DNA of 64,000 bases from an uncultured Acidobacteriota bacterium (lineage in GTDB: Bacteria > Acidobacteriota > Thermoanaerobaculia > Multivoradales > JAHEKO01). The stretch is taken from assembly GCA_963713825.1 (NCBI GenBank), contig CAVQNG010000025.1:416001-480000 (forward strand), given 5' to 3'. The notes beneath the pieces are model-generated. The model was not told the DNA's origin, did no database searches, and worked only from the letters and a program-made list of their open reading frames with translations. Shown piece after piece: positions 31,342 to 40,413 of the stretch; within the stretch, counting starts at the first letter, position 1; each line of letters starts with the position of its first letter. The position numbers and the translations under genes are program-made.

Positions 31342-32085
31342 GTGATGTGGCGCAATCTGGGGAACCGGCGTAGAGTGTTGTTGGTGAGCGCTCTCCTGCT
31401 CGCCTCGACTCCGATGAGACTGTGGGCTCAGACCAGCGGCTTTGTCGACCAGAGAAGGTCGATGGTCGAGGAGCAGATCCTCCGGCGCGGGGTCTCTGAG
31501 CGCAAGGTCCTGGGTGCGATGGAAGAGGTGCCTCGCCACGTCTTCGTGCCCGAGCCCCTGAGGGACCAGGCCTACGCCGATGGCCCGCTGTCCATTGGCT
31601 CGGGACAGACCATCTCACAGCCCTACATCGTGGCCCTGATGACCTCGCTGCTCGAGTTGAATGGCGATGAAAGGGTGCTAGAGATTGGCACGGGTTCTGG
31701 ATACCAGGCGGCTGTTCTCTCGCGACTGGTCAAGGATGTCTACACTGTCGAGATCCGCGAAGAGTTGGGTGAGAAGGCCCAGAAGACGCTCGAGGATCTG
31801 GGCTATACGAACGTGCACTTTCGGATCGGTGACGGTTACCAGGGTTGGCCGGAGGCGGCACCCTTCGACGGCATCATGGTGACTGCCGCTCCGGACCGGG
31901 TGCCGGAACCGCTGATCGATCAGCTGAAGGTCGGAGGGAAGTTGGTGATTCCCGTTGGCGACTTCTTTCAGGATCTCTTGGTCGTTACCAAGACTGCCGA
32001 CGGCATCGAACAGCGGGAGATCATTCCCGTACGCTTCGTGCCGATGATCGGTGAAGTCGAAGGCGACAATCCTGGCGACCGCTGA
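31342..32085 (+). CDS. pcm: Protein-L-isoaspartate O-methyltransferase
   Basis: VPRH.FVP, GQTISQPYIVA, VLEIGTGSGYQAA, GDG..GW.E.APFD, VRFVPM. Confidence 0.95.
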   Translation: MMWRNLGNRRRVLLVSALLLASTPMRLWAQTSGFVDQRRSMVEEQILRRGVSERKVLGAMEEVPRHVFVPEPLRDQAYADGPLSIGSGQTISQPYIVALMTSLLELNGDERVLEIGTGSGYQAAVLSRLVKDVYTVEIREELGEKAQKTLEDLGYTNVHFRIGDGYQGWPEAAPFDGIMVTAAPDRVPEPLIDQLKVGGKLVIPVGDFFQDLLVVTKTADGIEQREIIPVRFVPMIGEVEGDNPGDR

Positions 32086-32160
32086 ACCGACTCTTGCAGC
32101 AAACCACCCAGGCCTTGGAACTCCCGAAGCCCTTAAGGCCCTAAGCTCCTGGGCCTTGCG

Positions 32161-33531
32161 CTATCCGCTGATCCGCCGTGGTTCCTCGTCGATGGGCTCC
32201 GGTGCGGTGAGGTCGCGCTTGGTCTGCTCCGAGACCTTCAACTCGGCCAGCCTGCGCCCCATCGGCAGTAGCCTGCGGTCGAAAGTCCCGACAGCTCGGT
32301 TGTAGGCGTCGAGGGCCGACTTGAGTCCCTTGCGGACACCCTCCAGCTCTACTCCCAGCTTCGAGGCCCTGTCGTAGAGCTCGCGAGCAGCGGCGGCTAT
32401 GGCGTCCGCGTTCTCGGCCATGGAGCGTTGCTGCCAGTAGATGGCCACAGTGCGCAAGAGTGCCACGAGAGTGGTCGGAGTGGCGATCAGCACCTTCGAA
32501 CGCAGAGCCTCGACCTGCAGGTCGGGATCCTTGGAGAAGGCCGCACTCAAGAACGGATCGCCAGGCAGGAAAAGGACCACCAGATCGAGGTCGGAGCCGA
32601 TGGCCTCGGCATAGTTGCGTGCGGCCAAGGCTTTGACGTGTCCCTTGAGCGCTTTGACGTGCCGCTCGAGGGCAGCTTCGCGCGCCGCTTCGTCCGTCGA
32701 TTCAGTGGCCTCGAGGTAGTCGGTCAGCGGTGCTTTCGCATCGACGGCGATCTTCCTGCCACCTGGCAGGTTGACGATCATGTCCGGACGGCCACCGTCA
32801 CCGATCGTTGTCTGCTCCTCGAAGTCGCAGTGATCGGTCATGCCGGCCAGCTCGGCGACGTTGCGCAAAGCGATCTCTCCCCAGCGACCGCGAACCTGGG
32901 AGCTCCTGAGCGCCGTAGTCAGCGAGGTGGTCTGGTCCTGCAGGGTCTGGGTGGCCTTCGCCAAAGTCTCTACCTGCTGATCGATTCGGGAGTAGGCCTC
33001 GACCCGGGCCTGCTCGATCAAAAGGGTCTTCTCATCGAGTTTTCCCAGGGTCTCTCGAAGTGGGCTCAAGAGGGTTTCGATCGCCGTCTTGCGTTCCTCC
33101 AATTCGGCGCGGCCCCGCTCCTCGCTCGTCTTGAAGCGCTCCTGCGCCAGATTCAGGAACTGCTTGCTACTGCCGGCCAGCGCCTCGGCCGCCAACGCCT
33201 TGAAGCGGTTCTCGAGCTCGGTCTTGGACTGCTCGCTGAACATCTTGAGCTCGGCGATGAGCTGCTCTGCCTTGACCTCTCGCTCCTGGGCAACGGCCAC
33301 CTGGTTGCCGAGCTCGCTGAGGCCGGAGCGTGCCTCTTCGAGCCGGGCCTCGAGCTCTTCGCGACGGGTCGCCTCGAGCTGTGCTGCAGCTCGAGCCGCC
33401 GATAGCAGACCTGTTGCATCGAGTAGCTCTCTCTGGGATCGACCTGCCTTGACCAGGAAAGCGGCCGCAACTCCAACGATGGCTCCCACAAGGAAGCTCA
33501 GAAGAAGCGGCAGGAGGCTCTCGAAAGTCAT
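32161..33531 (-). CDS. rmuC: DNA recombination protein RmuC
   Basis: N-terminal TM + coiled coil, RG.WGE, RPD.IV.LPG, VDAKAPL, ATPTTL.ALLR. Confidence 0.95.
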   Translation of the reverse strand: MTFESLLPLLLSFLVGAIVGVAAAFLVKAGRSQRELLDATGLLSAARAAAQLEATRREELEARLEEARSGLSELGNQVAVAQEREVKAEQLIAELKMFSEQSKTELENRFKALAAEALAGSSKQFLNLAQERFKTSEERGRAELEERKTAIETLLSPLRETLGKLDEKTLLIEQARVEAYSRIDQQVETLAKATQTLQDQTTSLTTALRSSQVRGRWGEIALRNVAELAGMTDHCDFEEQTTIGDGGRPDMIVNLPGGRKIAVDAKAPLTDYLEATESTDEAAREAALERHVKALKGHVKALAARNYAEAIGSDLDLVVLFLPGDPFLSAAFSKDPDLQVEALRSKVLIATPTTLVALLRTVAIYWQQRSMAENADAIAAAARELYDRASKLGVELEGVRKGLKSALDAYNRAVGTFDRRLLPMGRRLAELKVSEQTKRDLTAPEPIDEEPRRISG

Positions 33532-33700
33532 ACTGCTTTCCGTAACGAAGCGCAGCAAGCAATGGCCAGGCTACAACGTCGGGCTTTGCCATCTTACTAC
33601 CACGGCGCAGGGTGGATTCGGCAGGTCTCTGACTCGCGCTCGGAGCCCGATCGATGAGGCTACAATAGTGTCGCTGGACGCCGATCTTCTCGGAGTGGCT

Positions 33701-34972
33701 GTGGACCGCAATCGATCAACGAATCGTATGGCCTGGGAGTTTCTGGCACTTCTGGGCGTAGTGATCGGCTCAGGGTGCGCGAGCTTCAAGCCAGTTCCAA
33801 TGGATGACGTTGGGTTCCTGGATCGCGCGGAGAGCCAGACCGAGGGCGATTTGACGGTCAGCGTCGTCGTGCTCTCTCAGGATGAGGCGAGGCAAGCTTT
33901 CGATTCCAAGTTGTACAAGAAGAAGATCCAGCCGGTCTGGGTCCAGGTCGAGAACAGGAGCCAGGAGCAGTTCTGGTTTCTGCCACGGGATCTGGACGCC
34001 GAGTATTTCTCACCTCTGGAGGTGGCCTGGAAGAGCCACCGCACGTGGGCGAAGTCGACGAATCGTGAGATCGACCACTATTTCCACGGCAAGCAGATGT
34101 TTCTCTCGGTGCCCGCCGAAAGTGTCGCCTCGGGATTCGTGTTCACGAATCGCAATCGGGGGGCCAAGTGGGTGTCTGTAACGCTAATGAGCAATGACAT
34201 CGTCGAGAACTTCGGATTCCTGCTGCCGGTGCCCGGATTCAAGGCCGATTTCGATCAGGTCGACCCCGACACTCTCCCAGCCGCCGAGGACCTCGTCGAC
34301 CTGGATGAGGAAGGGCTGCAGGGTTGGATCGCAGAGCAGCAGTGCTGTGTGACCAATGCCAAGGGGACCGTGAACGGAGATCCTCTGAACATCGTCGTGG
34401 TTGGAACGGACCTGACAATCTGGCCGGCCTTCATTCGTGCCGGGTGGACCCCCACGGCTTCGATGCGCGGTAGCTCGATTCTCAAGTTGGGGGTCGCCGG
34501 GATCTTCGGAACCGGCTATCGGTACGCTCCGATCAGTCCTCTCTACCTCTTCGGGCGGCCCCAGGACATAGCCCTGCAGAAGGCTCGGGACAATGTTCAC
34601 GAGCGTAACCACCTACGACTCTGGCTGGCGCCGGTGACGTTCGCAGGCAAGCCCGTGATGATTGGTCAGATCAGCCGCGACATCGGCACTCGACTCACCA
34701 CCAAGAGCTCTACCTTCACGACCCACAAGATCGACCCCGACGTCGATGAGACGCGGGCCTACCTGACCCAGGATCTGATGTACTCGCAGGCACTGGAAGC
34801 ATGGGGACATGTGGATGGAGGTACGTCGGCGTCCTTCGACGAGCCGGGAAGGAACCTGACCGGTGATCCCTATTTCACGGATGGAATGCTGGCCGTCTAC
34901 TTCCTGACCGATGCTCCTACATCGGTTCTGGATGTCGAGTATCTGCGCTGGGACACTCCCTCGCCGCGATAG
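33701..34972 (+). CDS. LssY C-terminal domain lipoprotein
   Basis: Lipobox-like GSGC, GDPLN, AP.SPLYLFGRPQD, R.HLRLW, THKIDPDVDE.R, YFTDG; GTG start at 33701 inferred from GGAG. Confidence 0.8.
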   Translation: MDRNRSTNRMAWEFLALLGVVIGSGCASFKPVPMDDVGFLDRAESQTEGDLTVSVVVLSQDEARQAFDSKLYKKKIQPVWVQVENRSQEQFWFLPRDLDAEYFSPLEVAWKSHRTWAKSTNREIDHYFHGKQMFLSVPAESVASGFVFTNRNRGAKWVSVTLMSNDIVENFGFLLPVPGFKADFDQVDPDTLPAAEDLVDLDEEGLQGWIAEQQCCVTNAKGTVNGDPLNIVVVGTDLTIWPAFIRAGWTPTASMRGSSILKLGVAGIFGTGYRYAPISPLYLFGRPQDIALQKARDNVHERNHLRLWLAPVTFAGKPVMIGQISRDIGTRLTTKSSTFTTHKIDPDVDETRAYLTQDLMYSQALEAWGHVDGGTSASFDEPGRNLTGDPYFTDGMLAVYFLTDAPTSVLDVEYLRWDTPSPR

Positions 34973-34994
34973 CAGGCTGCAACCAGGAGAAATG

Positions 34995-36524
34995 ATGGCC
35001 ATCACCCTCACCGGCAAGTCACTGACGATGGAAGACGTCGAAGCGGTAGCCCGCCGGGGCGAACCGGTCGAGCTGCATTCAGAAGCCGTACAGCGCATCA
35101 ACGATTGTCGCGCTTTCATCGAGCAGCGCATCGTCGCCCGCGAGATCATGTATGGCGTCAATACCGGCATCGGCGAGTTCAGCGAGGTCGTACTCGACGA
35201 CGATCAGGTGCGTGAGTTTCAGCGATACCTGGTTTATAACCACGCAGCGGGCATCGGAGATCCAGCCCCGGTCGATCATGTGCGTGCCGCGATGCTGCTA
35301 CGCGCCAACATGCAAGCCAAGGGGCACTCGGCCTGCCGATTGGAGATCACCGAGACTCTGGTGGAGATGCTCAATGGAGGCGTCACTCCGGTGGTCTGTG
35401 AGAAGGGCTCGGTAGGGGCCTGTGGCGACCTGGCGCCGATGAGCCAGATCGCCCTTCTGATGATGGGTGAAGGCGAGGCTTTCTATCGAGGCGAACGGTT
35501 GCCGGGTTCCGAGGCGTTGGAACGAGCCGGAATTCCGATCCCTGGCCTCCAGGCCCGGGACGGGCTTTCGACCATCAACGGCTCCAATCTGCTTACCGCG
35601 ATCGGGGCTCTGGCGCTCTATGATGCCGAGCGTTGGGTCAAGCAAGCCGAAATCGGCGCCGCCCTGTCGCTCGAGGCACTGCGGGCCAATATGAAGCCCT
35701 ATGACCCGCGGCTGCACGAAATGAGGGGCTTCCAAGGTGCCGTGATCACTGCCGCCAATCTGCGCCGGATCATGGATGGCTCCGACCTGCTGACCGGTAA
35801 GGAGAAGGTCAAGGTTCAGGATGCCTACAGCATGCGATCGACGCCTCAGGTCATCGGTGCGGCCCGCGATCAGATGCGCTGGACGCGACAACAGATCGAG
35901 ATCGAGATCAACGGCATCGGAGACAATCCAGTCTTCTTGCCCGAGGACCAGGTGGTGCTGACAGGGGCAAATTTCCAGGGAACCCCGGTCAGTCTGCCGA
36001 TCGACACCCTGGGCGCTGCCATCACCATGGTGTGCGTGCTCTCCGAACGCCGCATGAATCGGCTGACCAATCCGGCCTTGAGCGCCGGCTTGCCACCGTT
36101 CTTGACCAAAGGGGCTGGCATGTTCTCCGGCATGATGCTCAGCCAGTACACCGCCGACATGCAGATTGTCGAGCAGAAGTTGCTCTCTGCCCCCGCCTTC
36201 ATTCAATCGATACCGGCCGCCGCGGATCAGGAGGACTTCGTATCGATGGGTATGAACTCGGCGCTGAAGACGAGGCAGATCCTGGACGTTGCCTGCGGGG
36301 TGTTGGGAATCGAGTTGATGGCCGCGGCGCAGGCGCTCGATTTGCGGGATTTCACTCCCGGACGCGGTTCCCGGGCGGCGCATGCCGCCATTCGGCGCCA
36401 TGTCGACTTCCTGGACGAGGATCGCCCGCTCTATTGCGACCACAACGCGATGATGACCGTGGTCCGCGACCTCGACGTGCTCGAGGCTGTGGAGGCCGAG
36501 GTGGGCGAGCTCGCGACCTACTGA
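34995..36524 (+). CDS. Aromatic amino-acid ammonia-lyase/aminomutase (HutH family) with Ala-Cys-Gly MIO motif
   Basis: YGVNTG.G, HAAGIG, GSVGACGDLAP, QDAYS.R.TPQV.G, DNP, QED.VSMG. Confidence 0.9.
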   Translation: MAITLTGKSLTMEDVEAVARRGEPVELHSEAVQRINDCRAFIEQRIVAREIMYGVNTGIGEFSEVVLDDDQVREFQRYLVYNHAAGIGDPAPVDHVRAAMLLRANMQAKGHSACRLEITETLVEMLNGGVTPVVCEKGSVGACGDLAPMSQIALLMMGEGEAFYRGERLPGSEALERAGIPIPGLQARDGLSTINGSNLLTAIGALALYDAERWVKQAEIGAALSLEALRANMKPYDPRLHEMRGFQGAVITAANLRRIMDGSDLLTGKEKVKVQDAYSMRSTPQVIGAARDQMRWTRQQIEIEINGIGDNPVFLPEDQVVLTGANFQGTPVSLPIDTLGAAITMVCVLSERRMNRLTNPALSAGLPPFLTKGAGMFSGMMLSQYTADMQIVEQKLLSAPAFIQSIPAAADQEDFVSMGMNSALKTRQILDVACGVLGIELMAAAQALDLRDFTPGRGSRAAHAAIRRHVDFLDEDRPLYCDHNAMMTVVRDLDVLEAVEAEVGELATY

Positions 36525-36564
36525 AGCCAGCAGATCCTAGGCTCTGTGCTTTGGGTGGATTGAA

Positions 36565-36640
36565 TGGTGGAGCAGAGGGGACTCGAACCCCCGACCCCCA
36601 CGTTGCGAACGTGGTGCTCTCCCGGCTGAGCTACTGCCCC
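36565..36640 (-). tRNA. tRNA-Ala (CGC)
   Basis: GGGGCAGTAGCTCAGCCGGGAGAGCACCACGTTCGCAACGTGG...GTTCGAGTCCCCTCTGCTCCACCA; 76 nt, G3-U70 pair, encoded CCA. Confidence 0.97.
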
Positions 36641-36733
36641 ACGCCAAAGTCGGCAGCGAATTGTACCTCTGGCGCCAAGGTGCCACAAGCTCCTACCTAC
36701 TCGGCTGGAGCGTTGCCGTTCTGAAGCTCTCAG

Positions 36734-38134
36734 CTACCAGGTCGCTTCGTCACCATTGGTGGGTAGCTGGGCTCGGGGTCTCGGCGAGTCTCCAGACCGC
36801 AGAACGGCGGCGAGCGCCTTGCGCGACTGGTCTTCGCCATGGTTGAGAAAGACCTGCCCTGGGGTGCTGGGTAGGTCCTCGAACCAGCGTACAAGCTCCC
36901 CCTGATCGGCATGCGCCGACAGGCCATGCAACAGCAGGATCTCTGCCTCGACCGGTATCGGTTGACCGTGAATGGAGACGGTCTCGGCGCCGTCTACCAG
37001 AGCTCGTCCGCGGGTGCCTCCTGCCTGGTAGCCGACGAAGACCACAGCGTTCTTGGAGTCAGCCAAGCGATGCTTCAAGTGGTGGACGACGCGGCCCCCG
37101 GTTGCCATACCGCTCGCAGAGACGATCACGGCTGGCTCTGTCCGGTTGTTGAGGGCCTTGGACTGCTCGGAGCTGAGGCATCGCTGGAAACGATCCGGGG
37201 CCAGCGGATCGAGATGCTGTTCCACGAGCTCCTTCAGGTCCTCGTCGTGCTCGGCGGTTGCCTGATCGTAGAGATCGGTGGCCTTGATCGCCATGGGGCT
37301 GTCGAGGAACACCGCGTTCGGATCCAGTTTTCCATCGTCCGCCAGCTGCGACAGGTGATAGAGGACTTCCTGAGTGCGACCCAGGGCAAAAGCGGGGATG
37401 ATCACGGTGCCTCCCCGCTTGAAGACCCGATGGATCACCTCCTTGAATCGCCGTTCGGGATCGGTCTGTTGGTGATGCCGATCGCCGTAGGTAGACTCCA
37501 GAATCAAGGCGGCAGGAGGGGCGAGAGGCGGCTCTGGGTCCTTGATGATGGGTACGTCGTATCGTCCGACGTCGCCGGAAAAGCACCAGCTCCGTCGCTG
37601 TCCGTCGCTGCCTTTAGCCTCGATTTCGAGACTGGCGGCGCCGAGCAGGTGGCCGGCGCGACGGCACCGAACATGAATGCCCGGCAGGATCTCCGTCGCC
37701 TGGTCGAAGGCGAGAGGCTTGAGGAGCTTCAACGTCTGTCGAGCGTCCTTGGCTGTATACAGCGGGCGTGGGTCCGCGTGGCGGCTGTAGCCCTTCTTCG
37801 CTGCGTAGCGGGCTTGCTCCTCTTGCAGATGGCCGGCGTCCTGCAGGATGAGCGACACCAGCCCACGGCTCGGCTTCGAGCAGTAGATCGGACCTTCGAA
37901 CCCCTCCGCGACCAATCGTGGCAGCAGACCCGTGTGATCCAGGTGGGCGTGCGTCAGGAGGACGGCCCCGAGCTCATGCGGTTTGTACCGAAATGTCCTC
38001 CAGTTCGACTGCTCCAGCTCTTCGTTTCCCTGGTACAGGCCGCAGTCCACGAGAACCTGGGTCTCTCCCCATTGCAGATGGGTGCTGCTACCCGTTACCG
38101 AACCGCACGCGCCGCAAAAGGTGACTCGCCCCAT
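36734..38134 (-). CDS. MBL-fold beta-CASP ribonuclease
   Basis: VTGS, VDCG, THAHLDH.G, AGHLLG, FSGD.G, ESTYG, PAFALGRTQE, SGMATGGR, SAHAD, HGE. Confidence 0.93.
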   Translation of the reverse strand: MGRVTFCGACGSVTGSSTHLQWGETQVLVDCGLYQGNEELEQSNWRTFRYKPHELGAVLLTHAHLDHTGLLPRLVAEGFEGPIYCSKPSRGLVSLILQDAGHLQEEQARYAAKKGYSRHADPRPLYTAKDARQTLKLLKPLAFDQATEILPGIHVRCRRAGHLLGAASLEIEAKGSDGQRRSWCFSGDVGRYDVPIIKDPEPPLAPPAALILESTYGDRHHQQTDPERRFKEVIHRVFKRGGTVIIPAFALGRTQEVLYHLSQLADDGKLDPNAVFLDSPMAIKATDLYDQATAEHDEDLKELVEQHLDPLAPDRFQRCLSSEQSKALNNRTEPAVIVSASGMATGGRVVHHLKHRLADSKNAVVFVGYQAGGTRGRALVDGAETVSIHGQPIPVEAEILLLHGLSAHADQGELVRWFEDLPSTPGQVFLNHGEDQSRKALAAVLRSGDSPRPRAQLPTNGDEATW

Positions 38135-38280
38135 GGTCGTAGGCTCCTCTGAGAATTCAAGCTGTGATCGTACCACCGGTGTGGCTGGCCTACTGTGCCG
38201 CGTGAGCTGTTCTGTTGTGGTGCGATGGTGGATGGTGTACCTTTAGAGGAAGTAGGGAAACCCGTATGCAGGAGGAAGAA

Positions 38281-38763
38281 ATGTCGGACAAGTTGAAAGA
38301 TATCGACGCAGCGATCGACAAAGATGCGAAGGCAGCTGAGAAGAGCGCGAATGAGAGCCTCGACAAGGCGCGCCAGAAGTTCTCCGAGGTAGCCAGCGAG
38401 GTCGAGAAGAAGGTCAAGGACATCGGTGGAGGCGCCACTCAGCAAGTCAAGGAGTCGGCGGAGAAGGCCGGAGTCGTAGCCAAGGAAAAGTACGGCGCGG
38501 CGAAGGATGTCGCCAAGGAGAAATACGACGTGGCCAAGGATGTGGCCAAGGAAAAGTACGACGTAGCCAAGGATGTGGCCAAGGAGAAGTACGACGTGGC
38601 CAAAGACAAGGCGCGTTACGGCTACGACAAGGCTCGCAAGGACATGGACCATCTGACGGAGGACGTCAACGAGTACGTCCGGGACAATCCGGGCAAGTCG
38701 GTTTTGATGGCCGCCGGTGTCGGGTTCGTGTTGGGCTTGCTGCTGCGGGGCCGCCGCGACTAA
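38281..38763 (+). CDS. LEA-like repeat protein with C-terminal ElaB/YqjD (DUF883)-type tail anchor
   Basis: 11-aa repeats VAKEKYDVAKD; YVRDNPGKSVLMAAGVGFVLGLLL.RR; GGAGG SD. Confidence 0.85.
   Translation: MSDKLKDIDAAIDKDAKAAEKSANESLDKARQKFSEVASEVEKKVKDIGGGATQQVKESAEKAGVVAKEKYGAAKDVAKEKYDVAKDVAKEKYDVAKDVAKEKYDVAKDKARYGYDKARKDMDHLTEDVNEYVRDNPGKSVLMAAGVGFVLGLLLRGRRD
38476..38607 (+). repeat. 33-bp coding tandem repeat, 4 copies
   Basis: GTNGCCAAGGARAARTAC...AARGAY units starting at 38476, 38509, 38542 and 38575. Confidence 0.85.
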
Positions 38764-38777
38764 TCGAGGGGGAGTTG

Positions 38778-39011
38778 GTGGAAGAACAGATTCCCGGGGC
38801 CGATGAGGTTGTGGACGAGGTCCTGCCGGCAGAGTTGGATTGGCAGAGACTGGTGCGCCGCTATCCGATCGCATCGATTACCATCGCTGCGATCGGCGGC
38901 TATGTCCTGGGCCGCAATCGTGGCGAGGAGATCGTCGAGGCGCTGTCCAATCACGCGGCCGACCTGGTGACTGGGCAGGTCAACGACGTCCTGGGCAGGC
39001 ACATCCTGTAG
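38778..39011 (+). CDS. Small membrane protein
   Basis: W..LVRRYP.....AAIGGYVLG TM segment; GGGGAG SD; follows the DUF883-type gene. Confidence 0.7.
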   Translation: MEEQIPGADEVVDEVLPAELDWQRLVRRYPIASITIAAIGGYVLGRNRGEEIVEALSNHAADLVTGQVNDVLGRHIL

Positions 39012-39056
39012 CGTCGTTCGCCGCCGACCGGCTGGCCGTGAGTTCCCACCGTCGTC

Positions 39057-39941
39057 GTGCGTCAAATCCTTCATATCTCCGACGTCCACTTCGGCCCCCC
39101 TCACCTATCCGAGCTGGCCGCCGGAGTTCTTACCTTCATCGAAGACCGCAAGCCCGACCTGGTGGTCATCTCTGGTGATCTGACTCAGCGCGCCAAGCCC
39201 CACCAGTTTCAGGAGGCGCGGCAGTTCGTCGATCAGATTTCGGTACCGACACTCGTGGTTCCGGGTAACCACGACGTGCCCCTCTATCGATTCTGGGAGC
39301 GCTTCCTGAGCCCCTACGGGGCTTACAGCCGTCACTTTAGCGCGGAGCTCGAGCCCGTCTATCGAGATGAGGAGCTGCTGGTCGTGGGTATCAACACCGC
39401 GCATGGCTGGACCTTCAAGGATGGCAGGATTCGGCTGCGCCGATTACTGGAAGTGGCGCAAGTGCTCGAAGATGCACCGCCCGATCTACTGAAGGTGGTT
39501 GTGGCTCATCATCATCTGATACCACCACCCTGGTTCGGCACCCAACGAGTCCTCACGAACGCCTATGAAGCGATGGATCTGTTTACCTCCCTGGGGGTCG
39601 ACCTGATCCTCTCCGGGCATCTGCATCAGTCGTTCATCGGTAACTCGGAGGAGTTCTATCCCCAGGGCAGACCTCCGGTGGTGATTCTTCATTCGGGCAC
39701 CACGACCTCGAACCGGGGCCGGGCCAGAGAGCGTGACAAGAACACCTGCAACTGGATCCAGGTCGGAGGCGATTTCATGGTGGTGTCGAACTTCCGCTGG
39801 GAGCCGTCACTGCACCGTTTCGCGGAGCACAGCCGCCACTGGTACCCACGGCATTGTCGCTCTCCCTACACGCTGGAAGGCCTGGTCGAGCCGCTTGGTG
39901 GCGAAGCCGAATCGCCCGGGACGACAGCGATCCTGCGCTGA
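39057..39941 (+). CDS. Calcineurin-like metallophosphoesterase (CpdA/Icc-like)
   Basis: HISDVHFG, SGDLTQRA, PGNHD, HH, GHLH. Confidence 0.9.
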   Translation: MRQILHISDVHFGPPHLSELAAGVLTFIEDRKPDLVVISGDLTQRAKPHQFQEARQFVDQISVPTLVVPGNHDVPLYRFWERFLSPYGAYSRHFSAELEPVYRDEELLVVGINTAHGWTFKDGRIRLRRLLEVAQVLEDAPPDLLKVVVAHHHLIPPPWFGTQRVLTNAYEAMDLFTSLGVDLILSGHLHQSFIGNSEEFYPQGRPPVVILHSGTTTSNRGRARERDKNTCNWIQVGGDFMVVSNFRWEPSLHRFAEHSRHWYPRHCRSPYTLEGLVEPLGGEAESPGTTAILR

Positions 39942-39947
39942 CCAGAC

Positions 39948-40050
39948 GTTGAGGCGCCCGGTCGCACCTCCCGGCCGATCTTTGAGGGCTTGGGGTTGAG
40001 GCGTCTGTCGCTAGCTCCAGCCGGTCCTTGAGGGCTTGGAGCTGAGAGGG
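39948..40050. repeat. ~46-47-bp tandem units of the dispersed intergenic repeat
   Basis: GTTGAGGCG...CCGATCTTTGAGGGCTTGG-like units at 39948 and 39995, partial unit at 40041. Confidence 0.65.
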
Positions 40051-40180
40051 TCGATCTGGACCAGGGATCTCCCCCGTCTGCGGCCTCACCCGACCATGCC
40101 CCTCCGACGAGGGAGACCCATGGCCCGATCTACCACCGTCGAGACACATCGAGATTCCGACTACTGACTCACTCCCTACG

Positions 40181-40216
40181 CCCCTAGGCCCCTTCACCCC
40201 TAGGCCCCTACACCCC
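40181..40216. repeat. 16-bp short tandem repeat
   Basis: CCCCTAGGCCCCTTCA / CCCCTAGGCCCCTACA / CCCC. Confidence 0.6.
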
Positions 40217-40413
40217 AGACCTCCACGAAATGATCGTCAATGGATCAGGACCCAGGACCTCAGAACCCCAGGATGGGTCGGAAGACTCCGGACTCGGAGT
40301 GATGGAGAGTCTATGGCCGAATGGTCTCTGATTTGCCATCGCACAACCATCCGAGTGTTCTATGATCCACTGGGCTTCGCAGCGAGGAGGCCAACAACTG
40401 AGGATTGTTACGA

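Noticed and set aside
33089-33700. Long N-terminal extension of the LssY ORF (627 aa in the track)
   Set aside because: Overlaps rmuC antisense; the real start is near 33701, ahead of the lipoprotein signal.
36525-36640. Integrative element at tRNA-Ala
   Set aside because: No integrase, no duplicated tRNA 3' end and no obvious compositional shift.
38476-38607. 33-bp repeats as a CRISPR array
   Set aside because: Contiguous in-frame coding repeats with third-position variation, no spacers and no cas genes.
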